Shown one piece after another: positions 10,053 to 18,278 of a stretch of DNA of 41,527 nucleotides. Source of the DNA: SAR324 cluster bacterium (GTDB taxonomy: Bacteria > SAR324 > XYD2-FULL-50-16); the NCBI GenBank assembly GCA_033791585.1, contig JASJGK010000209.1, positions 1 to 41,527 of the forward strand, given 5' to 3'. Every line of letters begins with the position of its first letter. The stretch's first letter is position 1. The notes beneath the pieces were generated by a model. That model did not search any database, had not been told where the DNA came from, and saw only the letters and a list, made by a program, of their open reading frames with translations. A program made the translations under genes and the position numbers.

Positions 10053-11027
10053 ATGTCACTTTTTGAATCCTTCAAGCTTGGTGAAATTCGCACCAAAAAT
10101 AGAATTTTAGTACCTCCTTACCAAGACGGGCTAGCCCAGAAAGATGGACGCGTATCCCATTCTATCTTTGAGCATGTAATGCGCTTGGTTCGCCAAGGGG
10201 CTGGAATTGTTATTTTAAATAGTGCCTTTATTACCCAGCAGGGTAAAAGTCACCCTTTACAGTTGGGAATTGCTGAAGAGGATCACCTTGCAGGTTTAAA
10301 AAACCTTGTGAAGCATATCAAGGCAGAAGGTGCTGTTGCAGGTATACGTTTATCCCACGCAGGTGCTAAAACTAGTGAGAAAATTTGCGGTGAGCAGCCC
10401 ATTGGGCCTTCTTCCATCAATTTTGGCAAAGATTACGATCTATCTCGTCCCTTTGACCAAGATGATGTTGAGGAACTTTGCCTTTTTTACGCCCATGCAA
10501 TTGAACGTGCCGAAGAAGCAGGATTTGATTTTGTCGAGCTAAATGGCGCCCAACAACAACTTCTAGACCAATGTCTTCACCCACGTTATAACAGTCGTGA
10601 AGATGAATACGGTGGTAAGTTAGAAAACAGATTACGATTAGCCACTGAAATTATTAAGGCTATGAAGGAAAGAGTAAACAACCGCTTAATGGTCGGTTAT
10701 TTCTTTTCTATCCACGATAAACTTGAAGATGGATTTAATTCCAAACATTTAAAATCTATGATTCAGATTTTAGAAAAAGCTGGCGTTGATATCTTTCACC
10801 CCATTACCATCCACGTGATGAATAAGTTTTTTGAAAGTGAAGAGACTCTGCTTGAGTGGGTTTCCAAATGCACCAACAAAAATATTATTGTAGAAGGAAA
10901 TATTAAATCGACACAGGTCCTAAAAGAAGTCTTAACTATCGACAAAGCTACTATGTACGGCATCGACAAGGCTCTTTTTGCTCGTACCAACTGGTATCAG
11001 TTCCTTCAAAAGAAAATCGCTGGCTAA
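10053..11027 (+). CDS. NADH:flavin oxidoreductase / old yellow enzyme homologue with degenerate active site
   Basis: SLFESFKLG..KNRI, LSHAG, AEEAGFDFVEL, NSREDEYGGKLENRLR; SD AAGGA before ATG 10053. Confidence 0.8.
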   Translation: MSLFESFKLGEIRTKNRILVPPYQDGLAQKDGRVSHSIFEHVMRLVRQGAGIVILNSAFITQQGKSHPLQLGIAEEDHLAGLKNLVKHIKAEGAVAGIRLSHAGAKTSEKICGEQPIGPSSINFGKDYDLSRPFDQDDVEELCLFYAHAIERAEEAGFDFVELNGAQQQLLDQCLHPRYNSREDEYGGKLENRLRLATEIIKAMKERVNNRLMVGYFFSIHDKLEDGFNSKHLKSMIQILEKAGVDIFHPITIHVMNKFFESEETLLEWVSKCTNKNIIVEGNIKSTQVLKEVLTIDKATMYGIDKALFARTNWYQFLQKKIAG

Positions 11028-11063
11028 CGCCTCCTCCCCACTAACCCTAGTACTGAGACCAAA

Positions 11064-13073
11064 TTGGAAGAAAATTACTGTTTGTTTTATAAAAACAACC
11101 AGATTCAATTTGGGCTCATCTTGTGCTTACAAAAAAATAAACTCTCCATCCAGCCGCTCTTAGGCCAAAGTTTTTTTGCATCCTTGCGTCAAACGCTATA
11201 CCAGTGGAAGGGGAAAGCCTTTAGCAATGGAGAAGAAGGGCTGGCCTTTCTAATAGACAAATCCGCTGCGACCCAAAAAGCTTCTGAGGCCGTTGATTTA
11301 GAAATCATCCATGAATTAATCGAGCCTGGTGAAACCTACGAACTAACTGAGTTAATCCAAGACTTTACTGATGACCCTGCAGACCCCTGGGCAGGGGTGG
11401 CTTTATTTTTGGCCCTAAAGGCAGACCAACTCCTTTTTCATAATAAAAATCTACATTTTACAGCTCGCAGCCCTGAAGAAATTGAAAACCTTAAGGCAAC
11501 GGCGCTAAAAAAAGCTGCGGCAGAAGGGAAGAAAGAGCGAGAAGCCGATTGGTGTAGCCAACTGCATAAAGGCAGTTGCCCTGAAATTTCTGAGACTGAA
11601 GCCCAAGAATGGGAAGCCTTCAAAAAAAGATTTTTTCATTTTCTTATCCACTGGGTAGACTCCCAAGAAAAAGACGCCTTTGCTGAACTCTTACAAATCA
11701 AAGATTTTTCTAATCTTGAGACAGAAAACCATGCTAGAAAGGTTCTAGAGCTAGCAGGATGCAAACTCAGCTGGGGCAGATTGCAGGTTCTAAGGCTGGC
11801 CGTATCCAAAGACTTCACAAGTGAAGAAGAAGCCAGTGCCAAAAAAATCGTTGCAACAGAAGCCATACCCACCTGTTTTGAGCAGGACCGCCAAGACTTA
11901 ACTGGTCAGGCAAGCTACACCATAGATTCAGCAACCACCAAAGACTTTGATGACGCCCTATCCTTTGAAATTTTAGATGATGGCGTTAGGTTGCAGGTTC
12001 ATATTGCCGATGTGGCCTCCTACATCACTCCCGATCAACCTCTTTTTACCATGGCCTCAGCCAAAATTAGCAGCCTCTACACGGTAAAGGGTAAGTATTC
12101 CATGTTGCCACGGCTGTTGAGTGAAGATTTTCTGTCTCTTAAAGAACAGGTTCCACGGGCTTGCCAGACTTTTGACTTCACGTTTGAGACCAATTTTGAT
12201 GGTGAGTTTAAACTCACCAAAAATGAGATCTACCCCAGCTTAATCAAGGTGACAAACAATTTAAGTTACCTTGAGGCCGACCAAAAAATTCAAGAAGAAG
12301 AGGATTGGGCCAAGCTTGCGCAACTGAGTGAAGGTTTAACAGCGGCAAGAGTAGCCAGAGGGGCCTTGGAATTTGATCGTAAAGAATACGAATTAGATAT
12401 TTCTGACCCCCATGCTGTAAAAATTTCGGAATCCCTACGCCAAACCCCAGCCAATGCACTGGTACAAGAATGTGCTATTTTGGCAAATTCAGCCGCTGCG
12501 GGCCTGGCGCATGAGGCCTTGGTGAATTTTTATTTCCGCAACCAACCGCCATACGGTGTCAGCTCCGACTTACCTGAGGGTGTAAAACCACAACTAAAAG
12601 ACTTAAAAATCCAACCGGCTAAGTTGGGTCTGCGTACCGAGGGCCATTCCGCCTTAGGCCTAGAAGCTTATGGCCAGGTGACAAGCCCGATCCGCCGCTT
12701 TGTAGATTTAGTTGGCCAATGGTTAGTTTATGCGATTTTAAGTAACAGACCTTCTCCTTTTAGTGAGGAAACTCTACTCAGCTGGATGCCGATGATAGAA
12801 GAAACGGCTAAAGATTACGGGCGGACAGAAAGAGCCCTAACAGACCACTGGAAAATTGTTTATTTGAGCCAAAATTTAGAGGCCACCTACCAAGCCCTGT
12901 GGATGAGGACTCTTCGAAACGATAACCAACTGGTTCGCCTTGTTGATTTGGATTTTGTCGTAGAAATGCACCTAGAGGAAATCACTCCAGAATTGACTGT
13001 AAAGATCGAGAGTATCAACCCTGCCTTAAACCAAGTTCGTTTGGTTAAAGTTGTGGAGCCAGAACAGGCTTAA
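11064..13073 (+). CDS. RNB-domain exoribonuclease (RNase II/R family)
   Basis: TIDSATTKDFDDALS, VHIADV, HSALGLEAYGQVTSPIRRFVDL. Start uncertain (TTG). Confidence 0.9.
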   Translation: MEENYCLFYKNNQIQFGLILCLQKNKLSIQPLLGQSFFASLRQTLYQWKGKAFSNGEEGLAFLIDKSAATQKASEAVDLEIIHELIEPGETYELTELIQDFTDDPADPWAGVALFLALKADQLLFHNKNLHFTARSPEEIENLKATALKKAAAEGKKEREADWCSQLHKGSCPEISETEAQEWEAFKKRFFHFLIHWVDSQEKDAFAELLQIKDFSNLETENHARKVLELAGCKLSWGRLQVLRLAVSKDFTSEEEASAKKIVATEAIPTCFEQDRQDLTGQASYTIDSATTKDFDDALSFEILDDGVRLQVHIADVASYITPDQPLFTMASAKISSLYTVKGKYSMLPRLLSEDFLSLKEQVPRACQTFDFTFETNFDGEFKLTKNEIYPSLIKVTNNLSYLEADQKIQEEEDWAKLAQLSEGLTAARVARGALEFDRKEYELDISDPHAVKISESLRQTPANALVQECAILANSAAAGLAHEALVNFYFRNQPPYGVSSDLPEGVKPQLKDLKIQPAKLGLRTEGHSALGLEAYGQVTSPIRRFVDLVGQWLVYAILSNRPSPFSEETLLSWMPMIEETAKDYGRTERALTDHWKIVYLSQNLEATYQALWMRTLRNDNQLVRLVDLDFVVEMHLEEITPELTVKIESINPALNQVRLVKVVEPEQA

Positions 13074-13348
13074 CCAAACAAAGTGAACAGGGCCATATTA
13101 AAAAAGGTCCGAGCCATTTGCACAGCAAAGATCGCCACGATAGGGCTCAAATCCAAGCCCCCCATATCAGGCAGCATCCGCTGAATAGGTATTAAAACGG
13201 GGTCTGTCGCCTTGAGTAGTAACTTAATCAAAGGGTGACGTGCGTCAGGCTGAAACCAAGAAAGTACAGCACGAATAATAATAGCATAGGTCAAGAGACT
13301 TAAAAGGACCCCAAGCAGATCGCTCAGAGCGTAAACTATATTGCCCAC
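13070..13348 (-). CDS. yggT: YggT family membrane protein
   Basis: IIRAVLSWF...TDPVLIPIQRMLPDMGGLDLSPIVA. Confidence 0.92.
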   Translation of the reverse strand: MGNIVYALSDLLGVLLSLLTYAIIIRAVLSWFQPDARHPLIKLLLKATDPVLIPIQRMLPDMGGLDLSPIVAIFAVQMARTFFNMALFTLFG

Positions 13349-13369
13349 TAGTAATCCTTTAAATTAGTT

Positions 13370-14365
13370 TTAAAACGCATAGAACACACCAGCGCCTGTC
13401 TCACTTGAGCCTTTATCAGTCGCATCGTCATCATCTTTTTCAGTCGCTGCAGTGTAGCCAACCCAAATGGTAACATTCTCTAAAGGGGAGTAGCCATAAC
13501 TCACGTCAATATTTGTAACAACCGTTGGGTTATCGCTTGCATCGGCAGTGCTCACTGAACCAGAATCAATATTCATAATCCCGTCGCCCATGCCAATATC
13601 TAAAGTCACGATCATTGTGGTGGCCACAGAGGCCTCTGAGCCGGCAACCCCGCTTTGTGTTGTAGCCTGCTCCCCATTAAAAGCAAGCCCACTGCCTTCG
13701 CCCCAAGTGTAGTGCAGCCCCAAAAAGGAGGCTGTTTCACTTTGACCATCTAGAGCAGCATCTTCCAAAGTGGGAGAAACATCGGCGTCTACCACAGAGC
13801 CTGTGGAGCTACCACCGGCCAAAAAGGAAAAATCCCCCTCCATGGTATAACTTAAACTAGTGTGGTTTGTAGTATAGCCTTCATCAGTGTCTTCATCGGT
13901 CTGACTATTGATTCCTGTTCTAAATTTTATCCCTGCAAGGCTAACCTGAAAAATATCATCGCGCCCGATCAGGCCAAAGTTACCAATGGCCATGGAACCA
14001 TCAATCCAAACTATATTTTCACCACCTAAAGTGAGATCCATAAATTCTTCATGGCCCAAAAAGAATTCTAGGTCTCCTGTTTTATAGGTAATATACTGGT
14101 CTACCACATCAAATTCAGCGCCGTCAAAAGCAACATTCAACAGGGCAGAAGCCTCACTTAAGCCCTTTTTCACGGAAACATGATACCCAAAATAGGGTAA
14201 TGTCACCATATCTGAAGTAGAAGTGGTTTCCCCTGCATCAGTTTCAGTAGAAACATCATAGTAACTCACCAAAGCGCCAGTAACTTCGCCTTTAGGCTCA
14301 CCTGCAAACAATGGCTGCACTGCAATTGGGAATAATAAAGTTAAAAGAAATAGCTTGGCTTTCAT
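13370..14365 (-). CDS. Putative porin (acidic outer-membrane beta-barrel)
   Basis: Signal peptide, alternating strands, terminal GAGVFYAF; very Asp/Glu/Thr/Ser rich. Confidence 0.7.
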   Translation of the reverse strand: MKAKLFLLTLLFPIAVQPLFAGEPKGEVTGALVSYYDVSTETDAGETTSTSDMVTLPYFGYHVSVKKGLSEASALLNVAFDGAEFDVVDQYITYKTGDLEFFLGHEEFMDLTLGGENIVWIDGSMAIGNFGLIGRDDIFQVSLAGIKFRTGINSQTDEDTDEGYTTNHTSLSYTMEGDFSFLAGGSSTGSVVDADVSPTLEDAALDGQSETASFLGLHYTWGEGSGLAFNGEQATTQSGVAGSEASVATTMIVTLDIGMGDGIMNIDSGSVSTADASDNPTVVTNIDVSYGYSPLENVTIWVGYTAATEKDDDDATDKGSSETGAGVFYAF

Positions 14366-14489
14366 CAGGAACCTTGTTTTTGTTAAATTTTATATAATTT
14401 ACCCCACCTAGGGACTTTTTACAAAGGAAAAGCGCCCAAGTCTTCTCAGCTTCTGATTTCAGTGCTAGACTATAAATGAGGTAAATAAT

Positions 14490-14873
14490 ATGACTGAAAC
14501 AACTTGGACTTTAGAAGAACTTCGTTTAGGCCTTTTTTGCGGGCTGCTTATTGAGGTAATTGACTGGGGAATTACTGAGGAGGAGGAGTTAACATGCCAA
14601 GCCTTCATCAAAGACCGTTGGCATGATGAATGGGGATCTGCCCTGGATTTTTATGCTTCAGAATTTGAGAAAATCAAGGAATTCACCACTATTAGGGCTA
14701 CTTTGGATGAGAAACTAAATGTGCTTTTACAAGAAGTTAAGCATACTCTTTCCAACATCCAGAAAACTGAACTCTTAGACTTTATCATCAACATTGCTGA
14801 TGCTGACCAAGAAATGGCTCCCCAAGAAGATGCAATTATCAAAAAATTTCGAGTGGCCTTGGCTATGGGATAA
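14490..14873 (+). CDS. TerB-like protein
   Basis: IDWGITEEEE and IADADQEMAPQEDAII repeats typical of the TerB fold; SD GAGGT. Confidence 0.7.
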   Translation: MTETTWTLEELRLGLFCGLLIEVIDWGITEEEELTCQAFIKDRWHDEWGSALDFYASEFEKIKEFTTIRATLDEKLNVLLQEVKHTLSNIQKTELLDFIINIADADQEMAPQEDAIIKKFRVALAMG

Positions 14874-15198
14874 GTTTTTAGTGACAGTTATTGCTGACTG
14901 CTCCTCAAAAATCACTTTGGTTTTTGGCTCATCCACGTCCATTGCAAAAAAGGTTTTGGCTGCGTTCTGAAGTCACCTTTTTGAACTTAGGGGTAGAGTA
15001 AAATTGGCACGGGTTCCTTACTTAAGTGCCAGATTTTTGGTAATGTTTATCTGTTTAATTGCCTTGGCCGGCTCTAAGATCAAGGCCAACACGGGCAGGT
15101 TTTTTTTTGTAAAACTCACTTCTGGACGGGGTGACTGGAGGCTTCTTTAACAAGGCAGACAAATATGAATCTAATTTTAAAGATTTAATTTAAAGTGT

Positions 15199-15227
15199 TT
15201 GACAAGATTAAATCATAAGTTCATATT
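15199..15227 (+). promoter_or_regulatory. sigma70-type promoter of the tRNA pair
   Basis: TTGACA-17 nt-CATATT with an AT-rich upstream tract, 17 nt before tRNA-Val. Confidence 0.75.
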
Positions 15228-15244
15228 GAGGAAATATTTTGTGA

Positions 15245-15320
15245 GGGCGCTTAGCTCAGCTGGGAGAGCACCTGCCTTACAAGCAGGTGGTCGCAGGTTC
15301 GATCCCTGCAGCGCCCACCA
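15245..15320 (+). tRNA. tRNA-Val(TAC)
   Basis: GGGCGCT/AGCGCCC acceptor stem, anticodon arm CCTGC-CTTACAA-GCAGG, GTTCGA T-loop, encoded CCA. Confidence 0.97.
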
Positions 15321-15337
15321 CAAAATTACCGCAATGC

Positions 15338-15414
15338 GGGATTGTAGTTAAGTTGGTTATAACGCTAGCCTGTCACGCTAGAGGCCGCGGGTTCGAGTCC
15401 CGTCAATCCCGCCA
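15338..15414 (+). tRNA. tRNA-Asp(GTC)
   Basis: GGGATTG/CAATCCC acceptor stem, anticodon arm CTAGC-CTGTCAC-GCTAG, GTTCGA, G discriminator plus CCA. Confidence 0.97.
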
Positions 15415-15811
15415 TTCCTTTGAAATTCAAAATCTTTTAAATCAGATTTACCATCAAAGGCATTGGTGCGCCTTACGTGGGTCACTTTGGTGGGTTGCAG
15501 TTAGAATAGTCGGGTAAGATTTTCTGATTGGAAATTTTTAAAATTGGAAAAACTATTCGTGAGAACTATCAATCCAAATAGCTTTCACCACCTTCCTCTC
15601 TCCTTGAACCCAGTGATTTAGTTCAAAGCCTATTGTAATTGCCTAAGCGGGGTTGAAACTGGTGAGCTACTGAGTGGATTGCAGACTTTGAATTGAGTAG
15701 TTTTTTCAATTGGAAATTTTTTCAGTTTGAAAAGAATAGCAAATCACTACATTTTTCAACTGCTCTATATTGATCGATGCTTTGAGCAGAAACAAGGACT
15801 GGGTAATTTGA

Positions 15812-16690
15812 TTAACTGGTTTGATTGGAAAGCTGTTGCATGGCAGTCTCAATGAACATCTTTACTTTTCGGGAGGTATTTTGACTTGGAGGGTAGAGGA
15901 TATGGACGTGTTCTGTGTCAGATTGCCAACGGGGAAACAACCTTACTAAGTCCCCCGAGTCTAAGTGTTCATTACAAAAGAAGTCGGGTATAATGGCGAT
16001 TCCATCACCATTTAAAACCAAATTCAACAACATAGGCAAACTATCAGAGATCACCCTAGGTGAAAAAGCAATGCGTTCCTCGCCTTTTCCTTTGAAGAAT
16101 TCCTTTTCTATATTTCTAAAGGATAAAAATTTGTGGCTTTCAATACCCTTGATTTCCGTCGGCCTACCATGGGTATGAACATAATTTTTTGAACAAACAA
16201 AAATGAAATTCATTTTCAAAAGTTTTTTTTGAATTAAGTTTGAGTCAACGAGTTTTCCAGCCCTTATGGATAGATCAATGTTTTCTTTGGTTAGGTCTAA
16301 TATATTGTTGGTGAGAATCGCTTGGACCATTACACCGGGGTACTTGGCGGTATATGCTGAGATGATTTGAGCCACTAGGGTTTGACCTAGGTCTTCTGGG
16401 GCCGTTATGCGGATAACCCCAGACATTTCATCTTGAAAGTTACTTACCTTGACAAGTTCATCCTCAATTTTAGCTAGTAGGGGTTGAATGTTTTGGAAAA
16501 ACTCCTCTCCAATACTGGTTAAGGAGGTTTTTCTCGTGGTTCGCCGAAGTAATTGAACCCCAAGTTCATCCTCTAACTTCGCAATGGCCCTGCTGACCCT
16601 TGATTTTGGTTGGCCCAATACGTGGGCTGCCTTAGTGAAGCTCCCCAACTGGGCTACTTTTTCAAAAACGATGAGTAGCTTATAATCCAT
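15812..16690 (-). CDS. LysR family regulator (CrgA-like)
   Basis: GSFTKAA..LG.PKSRVSRAIAKLEDELGVQLLRRTTR HTH; 292 aa; divergent from the downstream genes. Confidence 0.95.
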   Translation of the reverse strand: MDYKLLIVFEKVAQLGSFTKAAHVLGQPKSRVSRAIAKLEDELGVQLLRRTTRKTSLTSIGEEFFQNIQPLLAKIEDELVKVSNFQDEMSGVIRITAPEDLGQTLVAQIISAYTAKYPGVMVQAILTNNILDLTKENIDLSIRAGKLVDSNLIQKKLLKMNFIFVCSKNYVHTHGRPTEIKGIESHKFLSFRNIEKEFFKGKGEERIAFSPRVISDSLPMLLNLVLNGDGIAIIPDFFCNEHLDSGDLVRLFPRWQSDTEHVHILYPPSQNTSRKVKMFIETAMQQLSNQTS

Positions 16691-16693
16691 TCT

Positions 16694-16762
16694 ATTGTTG
16701 CCTTTTTTGCAAAACTATAACTCGAAATTGACCTCTTACGCAACAATCTTTTTAATTATAAT
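16694..16762 (+). promoter_or_regulatory. LysR box and divergent promoter
   Basis: TTGC-N7-GCAA dyad (T-N11-A) at 16698-16712, second GCAACAAT half-site at 16740; TTGACC (16728)-17 nt-TTTAAT, with TATAAT at 16757. Confidence 0.6.
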
Positions 16763-16789
16763 CTGGCTTTACCATTAACCAATAAACAT

Positions 16790-17107
16790 TAGGAGATACA
16801 ATGGCTAAGCAAGGCGAAACTTTAGTTTGTGAAAAGTGTGGAAATGAAGTGACTGTAACAAAAGAAGGGGGAAATCCTCATATCGATTGTTGCGGTCAAA
16901 ACATGATACCAAAAGCATAGCAGTTAATTTTTTGAACAAACAATAAGGGGTAGGTTAAGTAACCACCCTAAACCAAAAATCATAGGAGATACAATGGCTA
17001 AGCAAGGCGAAACTTTAGTTTGTGAAAAGTGTGGAAATGAAGTGACTGTAACAAAAGAAGGGGGAAATCCTCATATCGATTGTTGCGGTCAAAACATGAT
17101 ACCAAAA
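16790..17107 (+). repeat. Direct repeat of about 125 bp (16790-16914 and 16983-17107)
   Basis: TAGGAGATACAATGGCTAAG...GATACCAAAA occurs twice, 193 bp apart, identical by eye. Confidence 0.95.
16801..16920 (+). CDS. Desulforedoxin-like Fe(Cys)4 mini-protein, copy 1 (39 aa)
   Basis: MAKQGETLVCEKCGNEVTVTKEGGNPHIDCCGQNMIPKA; CxxC...CCG..M motif; SD AGGAG. Confidence 0.9.
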   Translation: MAKQGETLVCEKCGNEVTVTKEGGNPHIDCCGQNMIPKA

Positions 17108-17113
17108 TCATAA
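16994..17113 (+). CDS. Desulforedoxin-like Fe(Cys)4 mini-protein, copy 2 (39 aa)
   Basis: Identical to copy 1 except the last residue (S vs A) and the stop codon; own SD AGGAG. Confidence 0.9.
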   Translation: MAKQGETLVCEKCGNEVTVTKEGGNPHIDCCGQNMIPKS

Positions 17114-17138
17114 TCATTAATTTTTAAAAGAGACAATT

Positions 17139-18071
17139 ATGGGTATGTTAATCAATGGAAAATGGACCAAAGGGTCAATTGTAAAAAGTGATAAAAAGGG
17201 TGCATATGACCGTCAACCACGGTCATTTAGAGACTTTATTAGTCCCTCAGACCCTACTTTTAAGCCTGAAACCAATAGGTACCATCTTTATGTTAGTTAT
17301 GCATGCCCATGGGCCCACAGAACTTTAATTTATAGAAAACTTAAAGGTCTTGAAGATCATATTTCTGTGAGCGTGGTTCACCCCGATATGCTCGATGAGG
17401 GCTGGGTTTTTGATGACTCCTTTTCAGGGGCAACGAAAGACCATTTATTTGGGCTTAAACGTTTAAGTGAGATTTATCAAAAGGCAGATCAAGAAATCAC
17501 TACCAGTGTTTCCGTTCCTGTTTTATGGGATAAAAAAACAAATACCATTGTAAATAATGAGTCTTCTGAAATTATCAGAATGTTCAATAGTAGTTTCAAC
17601 GACTTCACTAGTATTCACACGGACTACTACCCCAAAGACAAAAGTCAGGAGATTGACCCACTAAACGAAAAAATCTATGACGCTATTAACAATGGGGTTT
17701 ATCGTTCTGGCTTTGCCACAACTCAGGGGGCCTACGATAAAGCCGTGAGCCAACTTTTTCAGACTCTAAATGAGCTTGAATTGATACTAGACGGAAAAAA
17801 GTACCTAACAGGTGATCAAATTACAGAAGCTGATTTAAGGTTGATACCCACTCTTCTTCGTTTTGATCTTGTTTACTTCACCCATTTTAAATGCAATACT
17901 CGGCAAATCAAAGACTATAAAAATTTAGGGGCCTATACAAAAAATCTTTATGATCTTGCGGCTATCAAAGACACAACAAATTTTGATCATATCAAAAGGC
18001 ACTATTATTACAGCCATGAGGGAATCAATCCCTACAGGATTATCCCCCAAGGGCCAGACAGCATTTTTTGA
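17139..18071 (+). CDS. Glutathionyl-hydroquinone reductase (YqjG/Xi-class GST)
   Basis: RYHLYVSYACPWAHR, VPVLWDKK, IVNNESSEII, INNGVYRSGFA, HIKRHYY. Confidence 0.95.
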   Translation: MGMLINGKWTKGSIVKSDKKGAYDRQPRSFRDFISPSDPTFKPETNRYHLYVSYACPWAHRTLIYRKLKGLEDHISVSVVHPDMLDEGWVFDDSFSGATKDHLFGLKRLSEIYQKADQEITTSVSVPVLWDKKTNTIVNNESSEIIRMFNSSFNDFTSIHTDYYPKDKSQEIDPLNEKIYDAINNGVYRSGFATTQGAYDKAVSQLFQTLNELELILDGKKYLTGDQITEADLRLIPTLLRFDLVYFTHFKCNTRQIKDYKNLGAYTKNLYDLAAIKDTTNFDHIKRHYYYSHEGINPYRIIPQGPDSIF

Positions 18072-18278
18072 GTGTTATTTACTATTGATCAAAGGAGATC
18101 AAGTTAAAAAATGAAAATTTGCTTTTACTGCCAACTCTCGAAAGCTTGAAAAGCTTTTACTGTGGGGGAGGTTAAAAAAAGATTTTTGTCAGTTAAATAT
18201 TAAGTTAAATCAAAAGGGTACTTACCACAATGGGTTAAGATCTGTTGTTCATTTTTTTAGAGATAAAAGGAAAATCTT

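Noticed and set aside
15287-15517. 76-aa ORF
   Set aside because: Overlaps both tRNA genes.
15520-15760. Imperfect TTGGAAATTTTT...GAAAA repeats and a short minus-strand frame
   Set aside because: Only two low-complexity copies in AT-rich DNA; no CRISPR-like periodicity or recognisable protein.
16790-17107. Direct repeat as a CRISPR array or IS end
   Set aside because: Two units of about 125 bp, each a complete protein-coding gene; no cas genes or transposase.
18086-18103. TTGAT...ATCAA as an FNR box
   Set aside because: The half-sites are 8 nt apart, not 4.
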